Source: an uncultured cyanobacterium
GTDB taxonomy: Bacteria > Cyanobacteriota > Cyanobacteriia > Cyanobacteriales > Cyanobacteriaceae
Direction of reading: 5' to 3'
Length of the DNA: 64,000 nucleotides
Assembly (NCBI GenBank): GCA_963710605.1
Contig: CAVQBA010000006.1
Location: 672,001 to 736,000, forward strand
Shown here: piece by piece, positions 55,733 through 64,000 of the stretch
Layout of the letters: every line of letters starts with the position of its first letter
Numbering within the stretch: position 1 is the first letter of the stretch
Notes under the pieces: generated by a model
The model's database searches: none
What the model saw: the letters and a program-made list of their open reading frames with translations, nothing else
What the model was told of the DNA's origin: nothing
Translations under genes and position numbers: made by a program

Positions 55733-56762
55733 TTAGTCTTCAGCAAAAATATAACGATATAGCTCACTAGGATCTGGTTCTGGACTATTTTCAGCAAATT
55801 CTACCGCTTCAATGATTTCTTTTTCTATTTTTTTATCGATCGCATCTAGTTTGCTTTGATCGACAATATTATTAGTTGTCAAATAACTAGCGAATGTTTT
55901 GATCGGATCTTTTGCATTCCAAAACTCTTTTTCTTTCTCATCTCTTAGCTCATCAGGATCGGCTAGAGAGTGACCACGGAAGCGATAGGTTAAGGCTTCA
56001 ATTAAAGTAGGCACCTTCCCCTGCTCTAGCACGAGCGATCGCTTTTTGGGCTACTTCACGTACCGCTAACAAATCCATACCGTCAACTTCATAACCTTCC
56101 ATATTAAAGACACTGGCTTTTTTATAAATTTCAGGTTGAGATGTAGCACGATCGTGTGCCATACCGATCGCCCATTTATTATTTTCGACAACAAATAAAA
56201 TTGGTAATTTCCACAACGCCGCCATATTTAAACATTCAAAAAATTGACCATTATTACTAGCACCATCACCAAAGAAACAAACACTTACTTGATCAAAATC
56301 TTTTTCTCCTAATACCTTACGGCGATACAAACTCTGATAAGCCGCACCTGTAGCTACAGGAATTCCTTCAGCCACGAACGCATAACCACCTAATAACTTA
56401 TGTTCAGCCGAAAACATATGCATCGAACCACCACGCCCTTTGCTACAACCTGTAGCTTTTCCAAATAATTCAGCCATAACCTCATTTGCTGGTACACCAC
56501 TACTAAGAGCATGAACATGATCTCGATAGGTACTACAAACATAATCAAAATCAGGACGTAAAGATTTGACAATCCCACTAGAAACAGCTTCTTGTCCGTT
56601 GTAGAGGTGAACGAAGCCAAACATTCGACCACGATAATACATTTCGGCACATTTATCTTCAAATAAACGTCCTAGTACCATATCCTCGTAGTACATTAAA
56701 CTTTCGTCAACTGATATTTTTACTTGAGAGTTATCAAATTTAGGAACTATTCTTTCTGCCAT
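55733..56762 (-). CDS. pdhA: pyruvate dehydrogenase E1 alpha, apparent +1 frameshift near 56012
   Basis: [25 protein letters not shown]; second ORF has [12 protein letters not shown]. Confidence 0.96.
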
Positions 56763-57090
56763 AGTATTTTATTTTAATTATCCATAGATAATAATTATTG
56801 ACGATCGTTGACGATTAATCAATTTGTCCTTGACAATTATACCAAAGGGCAACTAATAACGATGAAACAGATAACGATCAAATCAATCAATAATTATTAG
56901 TTGAGAACTTGTTAATTGTTAATTATCATTCATCCTTCATATTTAGGTATAATCAATCTGTGTGTATTATAAATTCAATTATATTAACCTTAATCGTTTA
57001 AATCATTAAAACAGCAATATTAATCATTAGTTAATTCATTTTTTTATTGTAGCTACAATATATCTCTAGCAGTTAAGCCAACATTTAGCC

Positions 57091-59406
57091 GTGCAAATTT
57101 CTCTAGATTATTACCGTATTTTGAGTGTGCCGATTCAGGCAGAATTGAGTTTAATTCAACAAGCCTACGAAGATCGAATTGTACAACTACCTCATCACAA
57201 TTATACTGAATATGCGATCGCATCTCGAAAAGAGTTAGTGACCAAAGCATATCAAATTTTAAGTGATGAACAAGCTCGTTTAGATTACGAATCATCGTTT
57301 TTTCAAAATCCACAAGAAACACCAGTAGCAACAGGAGAAGTTTTTCGGGAAGTTAGTATTACGATCGATGATCATTTATTACTTGGTAGTTTAATTATTC
57401 TACTAGATTTGGGAGAATACGAATTAATTTTGCGTATTTGTCAACCTTATCTCCAAGACAAGATTAAAGCGAAGAAATTAGCCAGAAGTCAAGCCCAATT
57501 TAATCTTTTATGGCAAGACTTAATCTTAACTGTTGTTTTAGCTCATTTAGAACTAGCTAGAGAAAAATGGCATGAGCAAGAATATGATTCCGCCGCTGAT
57601 TCTTTAAAGCAATCTTATCAACTTCTATCAAAAGAGCGTTTATTTGCTAATATTTGCAAAGAAGTCAAACAAGATTTGGCTAAACTACGCCCATATCAAA
57701 TCTTAGAATTACTCACTCAAAATCAAGTCGATTTAGAAATGAGAAATAAAGGCATTTATTTATTAAAAGAAATGCTTAATAGTAGAGGCGGTATGGAAAG
57801 TAAGCAAATTGATGAATCAGGATTAAATATTGATGGGTTTTTACGCTTTATTCAACAAATTAGAGTATATCTAACTGTAGAAGAACAACAAAAATTATTT
57901 GAACAAGAAACTAAACGCCCTTCTTCTGCCGCCGCTTATCTTTGTGCTTCTGCTTGTATTGCTAGAGGAGTCAATCAAAAAAATCCTGAATTAATTGTTC
58001 AAGCTAAAAACTACTTAATTTCTCTTACTCTTCAACAAGATGTTTATTTAGAACAAGCTATTTGTGCTTTATTATTAGGACAAACAGCAGAGGCTGAATT
58101 TTCTTTAACTCAAAGTAAAGAAGAAGAAATTATTCAATATATTAAAGAGCTTTCTGAAAATTCTCCTGATTTATTACCTGGGTTATTTGTTTATAGTGAA
58201 AAATGGTTACAGACAGAAGTTTTTCCACAATTTAAAGATTTAAGAAATACATCGGTTTCTTTACAAGAATATTTCACTAACGATTCAGTACAAAAATATC
58301 TTGATAATCTTTCTCCTCCTTTACAAACGGACAATAATGACGAGCCAGCCGATTTAGAATTTCCTCGTTTAGAGATTGATAATTCTTTATCTTTGTTATC
58401 AAACCAAGATGATGAGCAAACAATCTTGATATCTAAAACTGAAGTACAATCTTCAGATAATAACTCTGAATTTGATCAGCAATCTATTGCTTTAAACGAC
58501 GAAAATATCACATTTATTCAGCAACAGCAACAAAATGACGATCGTGTAATAATAACTAAAGTCAATGATAATCAACCAGAAAAGGAAGAAGATTTAATTG
58601 TTTTTGAAGACTTTTTAAGTGCCGATATGACTTTTGAAAAATCGGCTTCAGGAGAATTAGAAGTTTCTTCTCTAACCACAAATGAAACTGTTACACCAAC
58701 TAATGATGAAAATCAAACTCAGGTAACTACAACTTCAAAATCAGTAGAAAAAAAGGCAACTTCTAATGATAAAAGTAATAATTACAATTCATGGAAAATT
58801 GGCGACAAACTAATTGTTTCAATGTTAGTGGCTTTAGTTTCTTTAATTGTGCTTTTACTGTTAGGTTTTCTAGCTTGGCAGGCATGGTCAAAAATTAAAA
58901 ATAATGATCAAGAAGCCGAAAATTTGACGATTTCTTTATCACAACCGATCGTTAATTTTCCGATTCCACCAGATGTATTGACCCCTGTTTCTCCTAATCA
59001 AAATCTACCGACTATACTTAACAACAATACAGCTTTAAACATCGTTAATCAATGGTTAGAAGCTAAAACTCAAGCAACAGGTCCTGATTATGATTTTACT
59101 AAACTTAATCAAATCTTAACAGAACCACAGTTATCTTTATGGTTAGTTAATAGCAAAGCCCTACAAGCGGATAAAGCCTACCGACGTTACGAACATGAAG
59201 TCGAAATTTTATCAGCAAAGACTAATCCTCAAAATGAAACCAAGGGTAAAATACAAGCTAGAGTAAAAGAAAAGTCTCAATATTATGTCAATGATACTTT
59301 ATTGGCTAATTCTTCTTATGAAGATAATTTAGTCGTGGAATATAATTTGGTTCAACAAACAAATAAATGGTTAATACAAGAAATACAGGTGATTAAGACA
59401 AACTAA
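57091..59406 (+). CDS. ftn2: cell division protein Ftn2/ZipN (ARC6 family)
   Basis: N-terminal DYYRIL J-like domain, LRPYQILELL, DLLPGL, TM segment, C-terminal IMS/DUF4101-type domain. Confidence 0.9.
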   Translation: MQISLDYYRILSVPIQAELSLIQQAYEDRIVQLPHHNYTEYAIASRKELVTKAYQILSDEQARLDYESSFFQNPQETPVATGEVFREVSITIDDHLLLGSLIILLDLGEYELILRICQPYLQDKIKAKKLARSQAQFNLLWQDLILTVVLAHLELAREKWHEQEYDSAADSLKQSYQLLSKERLFANICKEVKQDLAKLRPYQILELLTQNQVDLEMRNKGIYLLKEMLNSRGGMESKQIDESGLNIDGFLRFIQQIRVYLTVEEQQKLFEQETKRPSSAAAYLCASACIARGVNQKNPELIVQAKNYLISLTLQQDVYLEQAICALLLGQTAEAEFSLTQSKEEEIIQYIKELSENSPDLLPGLFVYSEKWLQTEVFPQFKDLRNTSVSLQEYFTNDSVQKYLDNLSPPLQTDNNDEPADLEFPRLEIDNSLSLLSNQDDEQTILISKTEVQSSDNNSEFDQQSIALNDENITFIQQQQQNDDRVIITKVNDNQPEKEEDLIVFEDFLSADMTFEKSASGELEVSSLTTNETVTPTNDENQTQVTTTSKSVEKKATSNDKSNNYNSWKIGDKLIVSMLVALVSLIVLLLLGFLAWQAWSKIKNNDQEAENLTISLSQPIVNFPIPPDVLTPVSPNQNLPTILNNNTALNIVNQWLEAKTQATGPDYDFTKLNQILTEPQLSLWLVNSKALQADKAYRRYEHEVEILSAKTNPQNETKGKIQARVKEKSQYYVNDTLLANSSYEDNLVVEYNLVQQTNKWLIQEIQVIKTN

Positions 59407-59408
59407 AT

Positions 59409-59505
59409 AGTTAAGAGTTAAGAGTTAAGAGTTAAGAGTTAAGAGTTTATAGAGTTAAGAGTTAAGAGTTAAGAGTTAAGAGTTAAGAGTTAAGAGTTAA
59501 GAGTT
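59409..59505. repeat. long heptamer STRR (AGTTAAG)n
   Basis: about 13 copies with one interruption. Confidence 0.92.
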
Positions 59506-59716
59506 ATTTCAAATAACAATGAGACAATTTTTCCTCTAAAATATTAGTCGCAGTTCAGTGGATAGCGATACTTATTAGCCGTGAAATTCATGACACGAGG
59601 GGCAAATAGCTCATATATTTAAGCTGATTATTACTGTCTCAGCCCAAAAAATTGAAATAACTATAATTAACCTTTAATATTTTATTGTCAATTGTCAATT
59701 GTCAATTGTCAATTAT

Positions 59717-59750
59717 AAAAGGATGAACGATCGATTATCATTCATCCTTT
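59717..59750 (-). terminator. probable typA terminator
   Basis: AAAGGATGAA...TTCATCCTTT stem followed by T-rich sequence on the minus strand. Confidence 0.6.
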
Positions 59751-59781
59751 AAAAACAATTATTAATTAGTAACTATCTAAA

Positions 59782-61576
59782 TTAACGTTTAACTAATTTT
59801 TTATTTTTTACTTTACGTAAGCGAATTGATTCTGGAGTAACTTCAACTAGTTCATCAGGACCAATATATTCTAAAGCTCTTTCGAGGTTCATTTCGATTG
59901 GTGCTTGTAATTGGACTAATTCATCACCACCTGCGGCACGATGGTTAGTTAATTGTTTAGTTTTACAAACATTAATTTCCACATCTTGAGGACGATTACT
60001 TTCACCAATAATCATGTGTTTATAAACTTTAGTACCGGGTTCAATAAAGAAAACACCTCTGTCTTCAGCATTTTTCATCGCATAGAAAGTAGAAACACCT
60101 TCTTCAAAAGAAGTAAGCACACCGTTATAACGATTATCTAATTCACCCACTAAAGGACGATATTCGTGGAAACTATGGTTCATGATACCCTCACCCTTAG
60201 TCATCCGAATAAAGTCACCACGGAAGCCAATTAAGCCACGAGCAGGAACGATAAACTCTAACTGAGTACGACCATTGATACCACCTTGCATATCTTGCAT
60301 TTCGGCTTTACGTTGTCCTAAACGTTCGATACAAGAGCCTTGACCCCATTCTGGAACATCTAAAACTAAATATTCAAAAGGTTCGTAAGGTTGACCATTC
60401 ATTTCACGGAAAATAACCTGAGGTTGTGATACTTGAAACTCAAAACCTTCACGACGCATATTTTCAATCAAGATACCTAAATGTAATTCACCACGCCCTG
60501 AGACAATAAATTGATCGGTAGTTTCACCGTCTTCTATTCTCATGGCTACATTAGTTTCTAATTCACGATATAAACGATCGCGTATTTGACGAGAGGTGAC
60601 AAATTTACCTTCTAAACCAGCAAAGGGAGAATTATTAACTGAGAAAGTCATTCTCAAAGTCGGCTCATCTACTTTAATTAAAGGTAAAGCTTGAGGCTCA
60701 TTCGGGCAAGTAATTGTTTCACCAATATTGGCATCACCAAAACCTGCTACAGCTACTAAGTTTCCTGCACTTGCTTCGGGGATTTCGACTCTTTGTAAAC
60801 CTTTAAAACCTAATAATTTGTTCACACGGGTTTTGACCATGCTACCATCTTCTTTCATTAAAGCGGCTTGTTGCCCTGCTTGAATAGTACCGTTTTGGAT
60901 TCTACCGATAACGATTCTACCTAAATATTCTGAGTAATCTAAAGTCGTTACTTGTAACTGTAGAGGTTTTTCAGGATCACCTGCTGGGGGTGGAACGTGG
61001 TGTAAGATAGCTTCAAATAATGGTTTCATATCTTTATCTTCATCTTCTATCTCATCTTTAGCAAATCCTGCTAAACCAGAGGCATAAAGAGTTGTAAAGT
61101 CACATTGGTCATCATCTGCACCTAATTCCACGAAATAGGTCAAATACTTTATCTACCGCACTATCTGGATCGGCACGAGGGCGATCGATTTTATTAACAA
61201 CCACGATCGGGCGTAAACCTTTTTCTAAAGCTTTTTTAAGCACAAAACGAGTCTGGGGCATAGGGCCTTCATTAGCATCAACGATGAGTATGCAACCATC
61301 TACCATTCCCAATACACGCTCGACTTCACCACCAAAATCGGCGTGTCCGGGAGTATCAACAATATTAATTAATGTATCTTCGTAAGTTACTGCTGTATTT
61401 TTCGATAGAATTGTGATTCCTCTTTCTCTTTCAATGTCATTAGAATCCAAGACACAAGTTGGTACTTCTTCTCCTTCTCGGAAGATACCTGATTGCTTTA
61501 AAAGTGCATCTACTAAAGTTGTTTTACCGTGGTCAACGTGTGCAATAATCGCAACATTGCGAATAGGTAGAGACAT
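59782..61576 (-). CDS. typA: GTPase TypA/BipA, apparent +1 frameshift near 61133
   Basis: [23 protein letters not shown]; second ORF has GRGELHL and LERALEYI. Confidence 0.96.
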
Positions 61577-61982
61577 ATAAGTTTTTTATTTAATGTAATA
61601 ATTATTCATAGTGTCTTTTAATTCTAACTGATGAGTGTTATTTTTTGTAAATTCTCTGGCTAATATAGAAATTTTTAGTTATTAATACACTACATAATTT
61701 GGGAATTACTTAATGTCGGGATGTTGCAATGCAATGTCTTTGCGAGTAAATTAATATTTATCAGAATCGATCGTCTTTAATGCTCGATCGCACTTTGTTA
61801 AATTTAAAATGTATTTAGTAAGTAGTAACGCAAAATTAATTGTGTATTTTGATTATGCTTTGACAACCATAAAACCTCAACTGAATCAAGGGTGCAAACC
61901 TTGCACCCCTACAAATAAATATACAAACAATTTTGTACAGGTACTTAGAAGCGATTTAGATAATTAAAAATAAAGATTAGAG

Positions 61983-62228
61983 TTATCTTCTTTTTTTGCG
62001 TTTACGGTTAGTAACTAGCACTGGCGTACCTAAACAAGAAATTGAACCACAATGACAAGTTATATGATTGATTTGATAATCATTTGGATTTAAACGCTTT
62101 AGTTGAGAATTAACGACGCTTTCTTCCCATCTTATTTCACGCATACGCCTTAGAGGAATATAAGCTGAATCTCCATCACAAATATGATTCTTTTTACGCT
62201 CAGTTATTTGACGATATTTCTTTCTCAT
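61983..62228 (-). CDS. small basic protein with a Cys/His cluster
   Basis: 81 aa, ATG start, HITCHCGSISC, K/R-rich ends. Confidence 0.5.
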   Translation of the reverse strand: MRKKYRQITERKKNHICDGDSAYIPLRRMREIRWEESVVNSQLKRLNPNDYQINHITCHCGSISCLGTPVLVTNRKRKKRR

Positions 62229-62416
62229 CTTTTTGTTTCAAAGTATTCTTTATTTAAAATAGTAAGAGAAGAAACGATCGATCTATTTTTTCTGTGGTTC
62301 GATCGTCATCATAAGCCAAAGGTTAAAGGTTTAGTTAGTAATAAAAACGGACATAAGCCGTGCGACAAGGAAAAGCACACGTATAAAGCTCATGCCTGAG
62401 AGTTAATTATTAGTCT

Positions 62417-63304
62417 TTATTTAAGAGGAAAATAAATCAGCGGAAACCAACTACAATTAAGCATATTATTAGAATCGTTACCAACGGTTAGGTTAAGAAT
62501 ACGATCGATTACATTACCCTCTCGATCGTTAGCAACCGCAATCGCACTAATATTAGAAGTAAAAGCAGTTTCAAAAATCTCTTCTAAACGATTACCTGTT
62601 TTAACAATAGTTTCTACTTCAACTCCAGCAGATTCTAAATCTTCTTTGTATTTAGCTAATTTTGTTTGAGCTTCATGCAGATGATTTTCCATTAATATTT
62701 TTGAGCGAGAAACATCTTCAACTACTGTTATCAAGAGACATTTAGGTGGATTACAACTACCTTTACCGATAGCACAAGTTTTAATTTTAGTTAGTAAATC
62801 TCGATCGTGTTCATGATTTTGGTAAGGTATTAGCCAATAATCATTTAAACTACTTAGTCTTAAAGCTATCTCTTCTTCACGATAAACAGAAACTAATTGA
62901 GGGCGTAACACCATCATCGGTACATTTAATCTTTTGGTTAATTTAGCAGTAGTTGAACCAAAAAGTAAATTTTGCCACGAACTACTTAAGGGTGTTCCTG
63001 TAATAATAAAATCAATCTCATATTTTTTGACAGTTGCCAAAATATTATCTGCCGCATTACCAGATAAAACTTCTATATTTACCTTCATTCCTTCAGGGAT
63101 ATTCTCTGATGCAGGTGCTAATTTTTCTTTGGCTTCTGCCATTCTTTCTTTATCAACACGAGGTATTTCGCCTTCTTCCCAAAGGGGAACACTATGAAGA
63201 AATGTTACCTGTTGAAATCCTCCTTCTTTTAATGAGGAAACAAAGTGAATTATTCTTTGTAAACCATCGGTAAAATCAGTACAAATTAAGCAATTTTTAA
63301 ACAT
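62417..63304 (-). CDS. tandem-domain universal stress protein
   Basis: MFKNCLICTDF, LFGSTT. Confidence 0.85.
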   Translation of the reverse strand: MFKNCLICTDFTDGLQRIIHFVSSLKEGGFQQVTFLHSVPLWEEGEIPRVDKERMAEAKEKLAPASENIPEGMKVNIEVLSGNAADNILATVKKYEIDFIITGTPLSSSWQNLLFGSTTAKLTKRLNVPMMVLRPQLVSVYREEEIALRLSSLNDYWLIPYQNHEHDRDLLTKIKTCAIGKGSCNPPKCLLITVVEDVSRSKILMENHLHEAQTKLAKYKEDLESAGVEVETIVKTGNRLEEIFETAFTSNISAIAVANDREGNVIDRILNLTVGNDSNNMLNCSWFPLIYFPLK

Positions 63305-63423
63305 TATCTTTACAGTTTTTTATTCTTTATTCTTTATAATCTATTATCTATTATCGCCTAAAGGTATCAGCTATTGACTTATCGATTTATATAAATAGAT
63401 AATTAGTATAGTTAGTTAAAATT

Positions 63424-64000
63424 TTAAGTCACTATTTTTTCACCACTTAAAATAAAAATAGGGGCAACCGCCGCAAATACTTGACTCAAGCCTCTTTTTT
63501 CTAATCGATTCAATGATGATTGGACTACTTCAATATTACACGCTCTGAGGTATGCCAAAGTCTCGGATATTTGATACAAATTTTCTAGATTATTTGCCGA
63601 TGCTACTATTCTGCCTTCTGTCGGTAGATGTTTCCATCCTTTAAGTAAAATATCTTTGATTGATTTACCGCCACCGATATGAATTCGATCGGGTTTTTGA
63701 GGCAATTTTTCAAAACAATCAGGTGCATTTGCTTCTATTACAGTTATATTATTTACACCAAATCGATCGCAATTTTGATTAATTAAATCTACCACTTCTG
63801 GATCTCTTTCGACGGCGATAATTTGAGTTTGTGGACAAAGTAAAGCAATTTCGATCGCAATTGTACCTGTACCTGCACCAATATCCCAAACCACAGAATT
63901 TTCTTTTAGTCTAAGTGCGGACAAAATTAAAAGCCTAACTTCTTTTTTCGTTAAAGGAATACCAGGCAATCTAGCAAATAATTCATCGGGAATACCGGGA
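63424..64000 (-). CDS. cbiT: precorrin-6Y C5,15-methyltransferase (decarboxylating) CbiT; start lies beyond the window edge
   Basis: PGIPDELF..PGIPLTKKEVR, WDIGAGTG. Confidence 0.9.
   Translation of the reverse strand, partial: PGIPDELFARLPGIPLTKKEVRLLILSALRLKENSVVWDIGAGTGTIAIEIALLCPQTQIIAVERDPEVVDLINQNCDRFGVNNITVIEANAPDCFEKLPQKPDRIHIGGGKSIKDILLKGWKHLPTEGRIVASANNLENLYQISETLAYLRACNIEVVQSSLNRLEKRGLSQVFAAVAPIFILSGEKIVT

Noticed and set aside
59409-59505. Heptamer tandem arrays (also ~1730, 23213, 27980, 29584, 30858, 34648, 52282, 59685) as CRISPR arrays
   Set aside because: No spacers and no cas genes; these are ordinary cyanobacterial STRRs.
82-63273. Antisense and overlapping ORFs in the track (e.g. 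422-739, 15092-15409, 42260-42454, 42462-42707, 53846-54216, 55271-55579, 62184-62399)
   Set aside because: They are shadows of real genes or translations of repeats, with no recognisable motifs.

Overview
An AT-rich chromosomal window from a unicellular cyanobacterium. Evidence: frequent HIP1/CGATCG sites, heptamer STRRs, ftn2, CRR6, petJ, aar and ctaCDE. A Geminocystis/Cyanobacterium-like taxon is an inference only. Most of the window is housekeeping: the S10/spc ribosomal block (rplC to rplX), anmK, a chlH/bchH-family Mg-chelatase, dxr, ctaCDE, aroH, sppA, hemE, aar, fabD, dprA, rpsF, asnS, tRNA-Pro(GGG), pdhA, ftn2, typA and cbiT. No CRISPR array, rRNA, transposase or phage gene is visible. 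The notable content is at small scale. (1) A 50-nt covarying structured element is nested inside a diverged copy of itself and inserted cleanly into a heptamer repeat; two other nested mini-elements also occur. (2) A GxxExxY gene is bracketed by ~158-bp hairpin-ended repeats, with a truncated second copy of the gene. (3) Palindromic repeats are translated in-frame inside the Mg-chelatase. (4) There is a probable orphan ParB/Srx toxin-immunity pair. (5) PEP-CTERM genes are tandemly duplicated with conserved upstream DNA. (6) About ten apparent gene disruptions fall mostly on GGWCC and GATC/CGATCG motifs, most likely methylation-linked long-read errors rather than real pseudogenes.
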